Below, in pieces: positions 30,675 through 40,957 of a stretch of DNA of 64,000 nucleotides (within the stretch, counting starts at the first letter, position 1; each line of letters opens with the position of its first letter). The stretch lies in contig CAVTJJ010000006.1 in NCBI GenBank assembly GCA_963735035.1, forward strand, positions 192,001 to 256,000, in the 5' to 3' direction. The notes beneath the pieces were generated by a model. That model ran no database searches and had not been told where the DNA came from. It worked only from the letters and a program-made list of their open reading frames with translations. Both the position numbers and the translations under genes were made by a program. The stretch is from an uncultured candidate division Zixibacteria bacterium. Lineage in GTDB: Bacteria; Zixibacteria; MSB-5A5; GN15; FEB-12.

Positions 30675-32156
30675 CTACTCAACCGGCGATAGACGCAGCG
30701 ATCTTATCGTTCTGTTCCCTTGGGCATTAACTGTGTCGCGTGTGAGAATTAGCGAATCACCTAAGAGCTCCCACAAAAAGAATCCACCAGGAGCCCAGTT
30801 CTGTGTGCAGACGCCACGCGTGTAGTTAGAGTCCACCACTGAGAGCCTTATGTAGTAACCGGTCAATTCACATTCACCGAGCACGTCGCAGAAGACACGA
30901 AGCGATTCGGGGATGGCGGGATTGATATCCATCGCGAAATCGGGTTCACGGAAAGTGAGCTCGACCGCCTGCGATGTGTCAACAGCAGTATCTACGCCAG
31001 ACCATTCAATGTAGGAATAAGTGCCAGAATAATCTTGATTTGTGAGCGGTTCAAGTGTACTGTCGACAACGACATTGGATATCTCGGACCAATTGGACCA
31101 GTCATCGCCTGTCTTCACCGCTATATAGTACGTAGTCGATTCCGCTAATCCATCAAGCAAGTACAATTGGGATGTCCCTGAAAAGCCGGGAACAATGGAA
31201 ACTACAGCTACTTGAGCAGCCTGCCAGTTTGTCTCGTCCAACGGATTAGTCGAATACCTGACATCATAGTACGAAGCTGTCCCAACCATGCCGTCATCGC
31301 CGGGTGCGGTCCAGGTGAGTTCGATCGAGTGAGCCGTTTGAGGGGTGCTCTGCAAGTCAGTAATTGTGGCAGGCGGTACGAGTTCGGTCGTCAGTACGGT
31401 GGCAACGTTCGACATGGTAGACCAATTGGACGCATCATCGGAGACCCGTAGAGCGAAATAGTACCGGGAATCAGGGGCGAGACCATAGGCCGCATATGAT
31501 TCGACAATTCCCGACGTATTTGGCGCGGGTTCATCGTTGAAAGACCACGCCGAAGCCCAGTTGCTCTGGTTGATGGGACTGGAATAGAACCGCAAGTCAT
31601 ATTGCGCTGCTCTGCCAGAAATACCGTCGTCGCCAGAGGCAGTCCAAGTGAGAGTGGCTGATGTATCGGTGAAAGCCGATACGGCCAGGTCTTCAATACA
31701 TGACGGTGATGTCGTATCTATAGCAACGGTCGATACCTCAGCCACGTTTGATAAGGAAGACCAATTGGGCACTTCGTCAGATACCTTTATCGCAAAATAA
31801 TAGTACGACTCGTGAGTCAGTCCGTGGGCAATATAGGTTTCAGTGTTTCCCGAAATGTTCGGTGTCGGTTCATCAATGACCAACGATGCTGAAGCCCAGT
31901 TGCCTTGATTGATCGGGCTGGAATAATACCTCAAATCATATTGTGCTGCTCTGCCGGAATTACCGTCGTCGCCTGAGGCTGTCCAGGTAAGAGTGGCTGA
32001 TGTATCGGTGAAAGCCGACACAGTCAGGTCCTCAATACGTGACGGTGTGGTGGTGTCTGATTTGACAACGTTGCTCTCGTCCTTGCACGATATCATGCAC
32101 GAAGCGATAACAGAGCCAAGAAGCAAGATCCCATTAACTTTCGAAGAAATGCTCAT
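30675..32156 (-). CDS. Lipoprotein with three fibronectin type III repeats
   Basis: MIS-C lipobox; 3 x LTWTA(S/P)GDDG..YD(L/V)R..NWS..SNV; DNA-level repeat with 339-nt period. Confidence 0.88.
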   Translation of the reverse strand: MSISSKVNGILLLGSVIASCMISCKDESNVVKSDTTTPSRIEDLTVSAFTDTSATLTWTASGDDGNSGRAAQYDLRYYSSPINQGNWASASLVIDEPTPNISGNTETYIAHGLTHESYYYFAIKVSDEVPNWSSLSNVAEVSTVAIDTTSPSCIEDLAVSAFTDTSATLTWTASGDDGISGRAAQYDLRFYSSPINQSNWASAWSFNDEPAPNTSGIVESYAAYGLAPDSRYYFALRVSDDASNWSTMSNVATVLTTELVPPATITDLQSTPQTAHSIELTWTAPGDDGMVGTASYYDVRYSTNPLDETNWQAAQVAVVSIVPGFSGTSQLYLLDGLAESTTYYIAVKTGDDWSNWSEISNVVVDSTLEPLTNQDYSGTYSYIEWSGVDTAVDTSQAVELTFREPDFAMDINPAIPESLRVFCDVLGECELTGYYIRLSVVDSNYTRGVCTQNWAPGGFFLWELLGDSLILTRDTVNAQGNRTIRSLRLSPVE

Positions 32157-32203
32157 ACCACGGAAATAATATATACAGGGCCACGATAAGTCAAGCTCCG
32201 TTG

Positions 32204-32474
32204 GTCGAAACCAGGCCGCCGAAGGCGGGTGGTTCGACATCTTCGCGTGTGAACCAACAACGGCAGGCCCGGAGGCCTGCCGATCATATTTGTGGGCACC
32301 GGTCAAGCCGAAGGAAGACAAATAGAAACCCGGCAGATGTGGACATCTGCCGGGCACTTATTGACAACCCTTGGTTCCCCGCCTTCGCGGGGATGACGTT
32401 AGGGCGCGGGGATGACAAGCTACGTGGGGCAGACGAGGACCCCGATCAAGTCGGGGGCAAGCTCAGCCGCCCAC
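32204..32474. repeat. Cluster of several REP-like palindrome families
   Basis: Elements at 32204-32239, 32260-32286 (family B half), 32329-32357 (family A), 32373-32397, 32426-32474 (nested). Confidence 0.85.
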
Positions 32475-32480
32475 ACGATC

Positions 32481-33227
32481 TTATTTCGAACTCGTCGTCG
32501 CGCGGAGGAACTCACGGTTCATCTTGGCGATCATCGAAACCCTGATCTCCTTCGGACAAACCGCCTCACACTCATACTGATTAGTGCAGCCGCCGAACCC
32601 CTCGACGTCGGCCTGAGCCATCATCGCCCGCACCCGCTTCTCACGTTCCACCCGCCCCTGCGGAAGATACGCGAACTGCGAGACCTTGGCCGACACGAAC
32701 AACATCGCCGACGCATTCTTGCACGCCGCCACACATGCTCCACAGCCGATACAGGCCGCGGCGTCCATCGCCTTTTCGGCGTCATACTTAGGAATCGGGA
32801 CCGCGTTGCCGTCGGGCGCGCCACCGGCGTTGATTGTGACAAACCCGCCCGCCGCCATGATGCGGTCGAACGCGGTGCGATCAACCACCAGGTCCTTGAT
32901 GATCGGAAATGCCTTAGCGCGGAACGGTTCGATAAAGATCGTGTCGCCGTTCTTGAAGTGCCGCATATGAAGCTGGCAGGTAGTAGTTGCCACTTCTTTA
33001 CCGTGCGGGATGCCGTTGATAACGAGCGAGCAGGCGCCGCAGATTCCTTCGCGGCAGTCGTGGTCGAAATGAATAGGATCATCACCCTTCTTGATCAGAT
33101 CTTCGTTGACCACGTCGAGCATCTCGAGGAAAGACATATGTTCGCTGATATCTTTCGCTTCGTAAGTCTCTAGACGCCCATTGTCGAGGGCGTTCTTCTG
33201 ACGCCAGACTTTGAGTGTGAGATTCAT
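32481..33227 (-). CDS. sdhB: Succinate dehydrogenase/fumarate reductase iron-sulfur subunit
   Basis: [31 protein letters not shown]. Confidence 0.95.
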   Translation of the reverse strand: MNLTLKVWRQKNALDNGRLETYEAKDISEHMSFLEMLDVVNEDLIKKGDDPIHFDHDCREGICGACSLVINGIPHGKEVATTTCQLHMRHFKNGDTIFIEPFRAKAFPIIKDLVVDRTAFDRIMAAGGFVTINAGGAPDGNAVPIPKYDAEKAMDAAACIGCGACVAACKNASAMLFVSAKVSQFAYLPQGRVEREKRVRAMMAQADVEGFGGCTNQYECEAVCPKEIRVSMIAKMNREFLRATTSSK

Positions 33228-35140
33228 TATTTGTAGCTCCTTGTGGCCAGTTTGATGTTTTCATACACCAGCGGTTCTTTGTGCAGCTCCGGCTTGACGC
33301 CTTCGCCCTTGTACTCCCACGCGGCGACGTACGCGAACTTCTCGTCGTTACGCTTAGCTTCGCCATCGGGGTGCTGGTGTTCTACCCGGAAATGCGCGCC
33401 GCAGGATTCATCCCGCTCGAGTGCGTCGTAGCACACGACCTCGGCGAAATCGAGGAAATCAGCCACGCGGGCGGCCGTTTCCAACGTCGAATTCATTTCC
33501 ACGACGCTGCCGACGATCTTGACGTCCTTGTAGAATTCCTCGCGCAGGGCCGGGATTGCCTGAAGCGCCTTCCGGAGCCCTTGATCGGTGCGGGCCATGC
33601 CGCAGAACTCCCACATGATCTTGCCAAGGCGACGATGGAACGCATCGGGCGTCTGCTTGCCGCCGATAGCCAGCAGCTTGTTCAGACGCTCCTCGGTCTG
33701 TTTCTCGACATCCTTGAACTCCGGTCGGTCAGTCGAAATCTTTTGTGCACCGACCTGTGCGAAGTAGTTGCCGATCGTGTACGGGATAACGAAATATCCG
33801 TCGCCCAGGCCCTGCATGAGAGCCGACGCCCCCAGACGATTGGCGCCGTGGTCGGAGAAATTGGCTTCGCCGATCACGAACAGTCCTGGGATCGTGCTCA
33901 TTAGATTGTAATCCACCCAGAGCCCGCCCATCGCGTAGTGCGAGGCCGGATATATACGCATCGGGACCGTGTACGGATCTTCGTCCGTGATGCGCTGGTA
34001 CATATCGAACAGGTTGCCGTACCGTTCTTTGATGATATTCTTGCCGAGCCGCTTGATGGCGTCGGCGAAATCCAGATAGACTCCGAACCCGCTCGGGCCG
34101 ACCCCGCGACCTTCGTCGCACACTTCCTTGGCCGATCGCGATGAAATATCACGCGGGGCAAGGTTCCCAAAACTCGGATACTTGCGCTCCAGATAGTAAT
34201 CGCGCTCGTTTTCGGGAATTGAGTTGGGAGCTCGCTTATCGCCTTTGGCTTTCGGCACCCAGATACGACCGTCGTTACGTAGCGATTCCGACATGAGAGT
34301 CAGTTTCGACTGATACTCGCCGGTGTGGGGGATACAGGTCGGGTGAATCTGCGTGTAGCAGGGGTTGGCGTAGGCCGCGCCCCGGCGATACGCGCGGAAG
34401 CAGGCGCTGACATTCGCCGCCAAGCCCATAGTCGATAGATAGAATGCATTGGCATAGCCACCGGTGGCCAGCACGACCGCATCGGCGGCGTGCGACGAAA
34501 TCTGACCGGTCACCAGGTCACGAACCACGATGCCTTTGGCGTGACCGTCAATCAGGACGACATCCAGCATCTCGGTGCGCGGATACATCTTGACCGTCCC
34601 AGCGCCGATCTGACGAGAAAGCGATGAATAAGCGCCGAGTAGCAACTGCTGTCCCGTCTGGCCGCGAGCGTAAAACGTGCGCGAAACCTGGGCGCCGCCG
34701 AAAGAGCGGTTATCCAGCAAGCCGCCGTACTCGCGAGCGAACGGTACACCTTGAGCCACGCACTGATCTATAATGTTGGCCGACACCTGGGCCAGGCGGT
34801 AGACGTTTCCCTCTCGGGCGCGGAAGTCGCCGCCTTTAATAGTGTCATAGAACAGGCGCATAACCGAATCGCCGTCGTTCTGATAATTCTTCGCGGCGTT
34901 GATGCCGCCCTGCGCCGAAATCGAATGGGCGCGGCGGGCGGAATCCTGAAAGCAGAAGGCTTTAACATTATAACCGAGTTCGGCCATGGTGGCGGCGGCT
35001 GAGGCGCCCGCCAGGCCGGTGCCGACTATGATCGCGGTGTATTTGCGCTTGTTGGACGGATTGACCAGCTTCATTTCGAAACGGTGCTTGTCCCACTTCT
35101 GTTCGATTGGGCCGGATGGAATTTTGCTGTCGAGATTCAT
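33227..35140 (-). CDS. sdhA: Succinate dehydrogenase/fumarate reductase flavoprotein subunit
   Basis: [43 protein letters not shown]. Confidence 0.95.
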   Translation of the reverse strand: MNLDSKIPSGPIEQKWDKHRFEMKLVNPSNKRKYTAIIVGTGLAGASAAATMAELGYNVKAFCFQDSARRAHSISAQGGINAAKNYQNDGDSVMRLFYDTIKGGDFRAREGNVYRLAQVSANIIDQCVAQGVPFAREYGGLLDNRSFGGAQVSRTFYARGQTGQQLLLGAYSSLSRQIGAGTVKMYPRTEMLDVVLIDGHAKGIVVRDLVTGQISSHAADAVVLATGGYANAFYLSTMGLAANVSACFRAYRRGAAYANPCYTQIHPTCIPHTGEYQSKLTLMSESLRNDGRIWVPKAKGDKRAPNSIPENERDYYLERKYPSFGNLAPRDISSRSAKEVCDEGRGVGPSGFGVYLDFADAIKRLGKNIIKERYGNLFDMYQRITDEDPYTVPMRIYPASHYAMGGLWVDYNLMSTIPGLFVIGEANFSDHGANRLGASALMQGLGDGYFVIPYTIGNYFAQVGAQKISTDRPEFKDVEKQTEERLNKLLAIGGKQTPDAFHRRLGKIMWEFCGMARTDQGLRKALQAIPALREEFYKDVKIVGSVVEMNSTLETAARVADFLDFAEVVCYDALERDESCGAHFRVEHQHPDGEAKRNDEKFAYVAAWEYKGEGVKPELHKEPLVYENIKLATRSYK

Positions 35141-35141
35141 C

Positions 35142-35867
35142 TTACTTTCCTCCTGCCACTAACTGGGTACAGCCGCCGATAACGGCAGCCGGGATCGATG
35201 CAAAACCAACAAAGAGAATAACCGTCGCCAGCCAGGCGAGGCGGTGAAGCCGCGTCTGCCATTTGTCCGAACTGAGTCCCAGCGACTGAAACATGCTCGC
35301 CACCCCGTGGCTTAGATGATAGCTGAGCAGTCCCACCGCCAGAATGTAGAATATCGATACGATTGGATTCGAGAATCCCTTGATTACCATAGTGTAGACG
35401 TCCGGACGACCCATCGAGTCGGTCAGATTGGCCAGCTCAGGATTGGTGACGCGAAACGTGTAATGCAGCAGGTGATAGACCACGAAGCAGAAGATCGTCA
35501 GTCCGGTCCAGATCATGGTGCGCGACGCCAGGGTGGCTTTCAGAGTGTGGACGCTTCGGTAACCCACCGGGCGCGCCGACCAGGCCTCCAGTTTCAACTT
35601 GATGCCGAACCAGATGTGAACAACGAAGATCGTCAGGACGAAGATGCGTAACGCCCAGAGGAGGGGACCGAGCGCCTGGAGTTTTTCGGCATAGGTGTTC
35701 ATCTGATTCTGGCTGATGAAGATCTGCAGGTTGCCGAGCATGTGACCACATACCCAGCCGAAAACAATCAGACCGGTGACGGCCATCAGAATCTTCTTGC
35801 CTATGCTGACATCCAGCAGGTGGGCGGGGATGCCGACGGGTGGTTTACTAGACACGGTAATATTCAT
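35142..35867 (-). CDS. sdhC: Succinate dehydrogenase cytochrome b subunit
   Basis: [28 protein letters not shown]; 5 TM; operon position. Confidence 0.92.
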   Translation of the reverse strand: MNITVSSKPPVGIPAHLLDVSIGKKILMAVTGLIVFGWVCGHMLGNLQIFISQNQMNTYAEKLQALGPLLWALRIFVLTIFVVHIWFGIKLKLEAWSARPVGYRSVHTLKATLASRTMIWTGLTIFCFVVYHLLHYTFRVTNPELANLTDSMGRPDVYTMVIKGFSNPIVSIFYILAVGLLSYHLSHGVASMFQSLGLSSDKWQTRLHRLAWLATVILFVGFASIPAAVIGGCTQLVAGGK

Positions 35868-36086
35868 ATCTTTTGTTCCCTTTCGATTGTCCGCCGAAAA
35901 TAGGCCCTCAGGCTGGAGTCGTCAACGGAAAAAGCCCGCTTTTCTTCAATGCGGATATGTCGGTCTTAGTTATCGGGTAGTAACTAGATGCGGCCGTAGT
36001 GAGTTAGAAGTGTATAACGTTGGAAGTGCGCCGAACTCGCCAGGTTTCGTTTTGGCAACCAGGCCGTGAGATCTGACTCATTAAGA

Positions 36087-36115
36087 TTGACACCGCACTG
36101 TGAACGCGATATGTT
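36087..36115 (+). promoter_or_regulatory. Putative sigma70 promoter
   Basis: TTGACA-N17-TATGTT. Confidence 0.45.
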
Positions 36116-36179
36116 ATAAGGCTTATCACTGGCAACAGTATAGTAGAGAAGTTAAATATAGTACTTTTTGCAGGAGAAG

Positions 36180-36770
36180 ATGATGAGTTATCTGCGTGTC
36201 CTGATTGTGGTTGTGGCGCTGGCGCTGGTATGGGCCGTCTCGGCTTCCAGTCAGACAACTATATCGCTGGGTCTGTCCGGGCCGGGTGCGGTAAATGACA
36301 GCACGATCAAGGTTGGTCAGCCGGTTTCGGTTGACATCTACTGGGAAAATAAGGACCCTGATCGCCGCGGTTTTACGACCGGTTTCCAAATCTACTCGCC
36401 CACGATTAAGACCATCGTTCACGTTGCGGACAGCGGCAAGGGAATCGACCCTGCCGGTGATCTGAAAGCGTTCGGCGGTTGGGAAGGTACTAGTACGTGG
36501 GATTTCACCGGTATCAGATCTGTTCTTAACGACTGGGACGGTAAGTTGCCTGACACGGTCGGGTTTGGCGGTCTGCGGGCGAAAATTGAATACACTGCCC
36601 ATCCAAAAAAGAAAGTCTTGTCGATGACCATTCTCGTCCCGGAAGCGGGTGTGATCGTGGTCGACTCGTCCTTCTACCGCCCCGGCGGGATCTGGGTCAT
36701 TGCAACTCCAGACGGCAAGGAAGTTCCGCCGGTCTGGAAAGGCCCCTACAAATTCAAAGTTATTCAGTAA
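36180..36770 (+). CDS. Secreted hypothetical protein (beta-rich)
   Basis: AGGAG SD, signal peptide ASS-Q, followed by terminator. Confidence 0.8.
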   Translation: MMSYLRVLIVVVALALVWAVSASSQTTISLGLSGPGAVNDSTIKVGQPVSVDIYWENKDPDRRGFTTGFQIYSPTIKTIVHVADSGKGIDPAGDLKAFGGWEGTSTWDFTGIRSVLNDWDGKLPDTVGFGGLRAKIEYTAHPKKKVLSMTILVPEAGVIVVDSSFYRPGGIWVIATPDGKEVPPVWKGPYKFKVIQ

Positions 36771-36777
36771 CTTCGAT

Positions 36778-36810
36778 GAGAGCCCGCCCTTAAGCGGGCT
36801 CTCTTTTTTT
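36778..36810 (+). terminator. Rho-independent terminator
   Basis: GAGAGCCCGC-ccttaa-GCGGGCTCTC-TTTTTTT. Confidence 0.9.
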
Positions 36811-36822
36811 CGACCATCCCCA

Positions 36823-37626
36823 ATGATAGCGCTCGCACCCCTGCTCTTACTGATCCACGTCCTGGCGACTACACCGTCGAGTTCACCGCCTCGGCCATCA
36901 ACAGACACCGTTGAATCCGTAGCGCCGACTTCGGCCACTATTTTTGACAGCGCCGCCCAACAGGCCGAACACAAGCCTCATGTGATCTTGAGCATCGATA
37001 CGGTGACTGTTACCGACAAGATGCTCTACGACACGCTGAATCTGATGCTGACGGCAGTCGACGTAGTGCCGGCAGGGTTCTCATTGAAAGTGGCCGCCGA
37101 AAGCGGACTAGTTGACATCATAGAGATACTTCCGGGTGAGATTATAGACTCCTGCCACTGGGAATTATTCAACGCCCGCGAGATTTCGTCAGACGAACCC
37201 AACCTAGGACCCGCTGAGATCTGGCAGATAGTTGCGTTGGCCCAGCAGGTATCGAACAAGAAATCGCTTCTCTGTTACGGCCTGAAGCGACCTGCATCGC
37301 TGGCGCGTCTCGTAGTTTCGAGCGCTCACATGGCCGAAGTACCGGATACGACCGTGGGCATCTTCTTCTATTGGGAATCGTGTCGTGACAACAGCGTTTC
37401 GGATCGACGGGGATCAGTGAGTCTAATGTCGGCTTCGGTGGAAGATCGGTTGCCGGTTCGACTCACGGTGCGTCACACAGGATTCCCCACGCGCGCGGGC
37501 GCACCCAATGAATGTGTAAGCAGCCGTGTAGCGAATCCGCCGAAGCGGGCGGTGTCGTTCCAAAACGGTGGTGTGGTGTTCAAGTATGCACCTACATCAG
37601 TGGACAGTGTGACGACGCCTCGTTGA
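36823..37626 (+). CDS. Secreted hypothetical protein (possibly cohesin-like)
   Basis: Hydrophobic N-terminus, Ser/Pro linker, FFYWESCRDN, FQNGGV; start uncertain. Confidence 0.65.
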   Translation: MIALAPLLLLIHVLATTPSSSPPRPSTDTVESVAPTSATIFDSAAQQAEHKPHVILSIDTVTVTDKMLYDTLNLMLTAVDVVPAGFSLKVAAESGLVDIIEILPGEIIDSCHWELFNAREISSDEPNLGPAEIWQIVALAQQVSNKKSLLCYGLKRPASLARLVVSSAHMAEVPDTTVGIFFYWESCRDNSVSDRRGSVSLMSASVEDRLPVRLTVRHTGFPTRAGAPNECVSSRVANPPKRAVSFQNGGVVFKYAPTSVDSVTTPR

Positions 37627-37730
37627 GTATCATACTTCTTTTCCTCTTGCATCACACAGCGGCGTAAGTTATTCTACCTAGCAGGAGAAAGCATCCCCTG
37701 TACCTTGAGGGTTCCGGCACGACACCGCGT

Positions 37731-37844
37731 TAATTGTATTCGGCAGTCAATTGTGATCGGCAGGCAATTGTGATCGGCAGGGTTCCATCCCTGCCGGACC
37801 AAAGTCATGCTGAGCCCTGAGCTTGTCGAAGGGTCGAAGCATGA
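37731..37844 (+). repeat. Three 17-nt tandem units, family B half-site and nested palindrome
   Basis: taattgtattcggcagt / caattgtgatcggcagg x2; tgatcggcagggttccatccctgccg; gtcatgctgag[ccctgagcttgtcgaaggg]tcgaagcatga. Confidence 0.85.
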
Positions 37845-37890
37845 GCTTGTGAAGCATGAAATGGGTTGTCCGTTGACACAAGAGCGATTG

Positions 37891-40308
37891 ATGGTGCGGA
37901 TCAAACTCCTGCAGATTGCGGCAATCGTGATCTTCTCGCTACTACTGTTCTCAGCTTCGCCTCTTTGTCAAGAATCATGGTATCGGCGAGCACACAATCA
38001 GGGGAACATCGAGTTGACGGTCGAGCCGGGGGGCTGGGGTAAGTTGACTGCTAGTGGAGTGACATACATTCCACAGTTCGATCCGATTACCGGCGATTCG
38101 GTATATGGTAGCGCCTATCCGAGAGGCAGCCGCAACATGTACCTGGAAGGTGAACTGACCGTAGGCGCCGTTCAGGGCCGTGATACGATTGCTACTTGGT
38201 TTTACGGCCTCTCATACGTTGATCGGTCTTCTCTGTGGCAAATCAGGAGTTTGGACAGGAGTAGTCCCTACTATTCGCCGGTCGCCCACTCTAATCTGGA
38301 TCTGCAGTCAGAGTTTACCGATACTGCACAATCTTCAATTTTGTGGCGGGATTGGGAGTGGGTGTTTCCCGTGCCCCTGGAAATTGTTGGAAGTCAGCGC
38401 TCAATGGCGTGGAGCGGGGCGACCGTGGATGACTTCGTGTTGTTCGATTATGAGATCACTAACGTAGGTACCAAACCACTGCGAGATGTCTATGTCGGTC
38501 TTTGGTGCGACAGTTACTATTCGGAGGCGGTTGGTACCGATCACCTGACTGGTTTCCTGAAGCAAAGTCCTTCGCAAGACCCCTGCGGCAATACTGACCT
38601 GCTCAATATCGGTTACTACATGGACGAAGACGGCGATCCAGTGAACGACGCGTTCACGAGTCAGTCGCGCCGAGGGGCGGTTGGAGTAATGTTGCTTGGC
38701 AGCTCGTCGGAATCCGCTGAAATCGGATATAACTGGCTGGTTTGGAATGCTGACGGTACTCAGGATTGGGGACCACGGCGACAGCCAACGGTCGACGAGC
38801 CATTTCGCTCCTTCAATCCTTACTTCGCCTGGCCAGGTTCGTATGAGAATCTGTACTATGTTATGAGCCGTCCGTACGTTGCGTACGACCAGATGTTCGC
38901 AACGGTAGAACATTTTGGGTGGATGTCATCGGGGCCGCTTGCTGTAGTTGCAGCCGCAGGATGGCCCAGCCAAATGTTCTATTATTTCGGACCTTTCGAA
39001 ATTGGGGTGCGCGAGAAGATAACTTTTTCATATGCGGTCGTCGGTGGCGACAATGTCCACACCAATCCGTATGCCTATTTCGATCCGACCGACCCGCAGG
39101 GGTATTACGATCAGCTCGATTTCTCGGAACTTGCTACCAATGCCCAGTGGGCGCAATGGGTGTATGACAACCCTGGAGTTGACACCGACAGCGATGGCTA
39201 CTTCGGCGAGTACCGCGTCTGTGAAGGTGAGACGACCTGGTACAAAGGGGACGGCGTCCCCGATTTCCGTGGCAACAACCCGCCTCCGATTCCGTTCACC
39301 CGGTACGAAACCGAGCCCGGGAAGATCATTGTCCGCTGGAACGGGTATCTCTCCGAGACCACCAAAGACATCTTCTCGAATCTGATCGATTTCGAGGGGT
39401 ATCGCGTCTACTGCGGACTGGATGATCGCAAGACCAGTTTGGCTCTATTGACCAGTTACGACAAACAAGATTGGTTGCGCTGGAAATACAACGAACAAGG
39501 ATCGGGCGAGAGCCGCTGGTTCAACGACGATCCGCCGTTCAGCCTTGATTCGTTGAGGATACTACATCCTGACCCCAATTTCAACCCGGACGACTACCCC
39601 CGCCAACGACCATTGTTTCAAGGCGACAGCGCTTTCTATTTTTCCGCCGTCGACGAGAACGTGTACAGCCTAACTACACCCAACGGCATTCACAAAGCCT
39701 ATCCTGACGCCGTCAACCCCGGCACCGACTCTACCCTCTGGACAGAAAATGACATTACGACTGAGCACGACGGCCGCAAACTACCCAAATACTACGAATA
39801 CGAATACATCATTGACAATCTTCTGCCGACCGTGCCATATTTTGTCGCGGTAACAGTTCTTGACTTCGGTTACGCCGGCGGACGCGGTAACATGCCGCCC
39901 GACGAAACCAACCCGCTGAATAACATCACTGAATGCTACGCGCAGACTTCGTCAGAAACGGTCGAAGAAGAAAACCTCGACGCCTATGTCTATCCCAATC
40001 CATATCGGGTTGATGCCAACTACGAAGACGGCGGCTTCGAGAACCGCAAAGGGAACATCATTCCGGACCGGGCGCGCTTGATCCATTTCGGCAATCTTCC
40101 TCGGGTGTGCAAGATCAGAGTGTATTCACTCGATGGCGATCATATTGGCACAATCGATCACAATTTCCCCGAGGGCGGTCCGGAGTCGATGCACGATTGG
40201 TGGAACTTAGTGAGCCGTTCCGGTCTGGCGGTGGAGTCGGGGCTGTATTATTGGGTGGTGGAATCCACCACCCGCACCCAGATCGGGAAGCTGGTCATAT
40301 TGAAGTAG
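37891..40308 (+). CDS. Large secreted protein with T9SS-like C-terminal sorting domain (paralog of 40958-43546)
   Basis: Signal peptide; YDNPGVDTDSDGY, GDGVPDFRG, FEGY, KYYEYEY, VYPNPYR, SGLYYWVVE, IGKLVILK. Confidence 0.85.
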   Translation: MVRIKLLQIAAIVIFSLLLFSASPLCQESWYRRAHNQGNIELTVEPGGWGKLTASGVTYIPQFDPITGDSVYGSAYPRGSRNMYLEGELTVGAVQGRDTIATWFYGLSYVDRSSLWQIRSLDRSSPYYSPVAHSNLDLQSEFTDTAQSSILWRDWEWVFPVPLEIVGSQRSMAWSGATVDDFVLFDYEITNVGTKPLRDVYVGLWCDSYYSEAVGTDHLTGFLKQSPSQDPCGNTDLLNIGYYMDEDGDPVNDAFTSQSRRGAVGVMLLGSSSESAEIGYNWLVWNADGTQDWGPRRQPTVDEPFRSFNPYFAWPGSYENLYYVMSRPYVAYDQMFATVEHFGWMSSGPLAVVAAAGWPSQMFYYFGPFEIGVREKITFSYAVVGGDNVHTNPYAYFDPTDPQGYYDQLDFSELATNAQWAQWVYDNPGVDTDSDGYFGEYRVCEGETTWYKGDGVPDFRGNNPPPIPFTRYETEPGKIIVRWNGYLSETTKDIFSNLIDFEGYRVYCGLDDRKTSLALLTSYDKQDWLRWKYNEQGSGESRWFNDDPPFSLDSLRILHPDPNFNPDDYPRQRPLFQGDSAFYFSAVDENVYSLTTPNGIHKAYPDAVNPGTDSTLWTENDITTEHDGRKLPKYYEYEYIIDNLLPTVPYFVAVTVLDFGYAGGRGNMPPDETNPLNNITECYAQTSSETVEEENLDAYVYPNPYRVDANYEDGGFENRKGNIIPDRARLIHFGNLPRVCKIRVYSLDGDHIGTIDHNFPEGGPESMHDWWNLVSRSGLAVESGLYYWVVESTTRTQIGKLVILK

Positions 40309-40317
40309 CCATCTTCT

Positions 40318-40935
40318 TGATCGGCAGGGTTCCAGCCCTGCCGTGCGCATTCCGGCAGGCACAGACGCCTGCCGATTAAAGCAAATACTGCTGACTAAAG
40401 CACAAGTAGGTCGGGTTACGCGCATGGATTTGTTGGGCGCGCAACCCGACATCGTGTCAAGTAACGGGCTGTGTCGGGTTTCCTGCGAGACTCGCTTCGC
40501 AAGCCTCTCGAAAACACCGACCTACAAGACTTTTCTGATCGGCAGGGTTCCAGCCCTGCCGTGCGCGTTACGGCAGGCACAGAGGCCTGCCGATCAAAGC
40601 AAGTACTCAGCTACGCACGGTACCTCTGCTGGGTGGGGTATCGAAGACACTAAACTGTCTTGCCCCGCTTTAGGTGTGGCACCCAGGGGTTGTTCTTTGT
40701 GTGCCCGGCAGATGCCCACATCTGCCGGCTCGTACTACTACCGCCCCATGTCTGTCTTGCCCAGCTTCAGGCGGGGCATCCAGGGATGCGACACTTTTCT
40801 GATCGGCAGGGTTCCAGCCCTGCCGTGCGCGTTACGGCAGGCACAGAGGCCTGCCGATCAATGTGAATACTGCTGATTACGGAATAGCGACGCTTGATAA
40901 GATCGATCAATATCCCGCCCGCTGGGCGGGGTACC
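40318..40935. repeat. Mosaic REP-like array between convergent genes
   Basis: Family B 61-mers at 40318-40378, 40536-40596, 40800-40860 (last two identical); family E at 40656-40684 and 40753-40781; family A at 40701-40734. Confidence 0.92.
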
Positions 40936-40957
40936 GAAGATAACTCGCCGGGTGTCA

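Noticed and set aside
32157..32357. Extended N-terminus of the FN3 ORF (and the 37807 start for the next large gene)
   Set aside because: Extensions run through repeats; downstream ATGs give proper signal peptides
40318..40860. CRISPR array
   Set aside because: Repeats are 61 nt, spacing is irregular (about 160-200 nt), spacers are themselves repeats, and no cas genes are present
40343..40876. 177-aa ORF with repeated LIGRVPALPCA
   Set aside because: Translation of the palindromic repeats, not a credible gene
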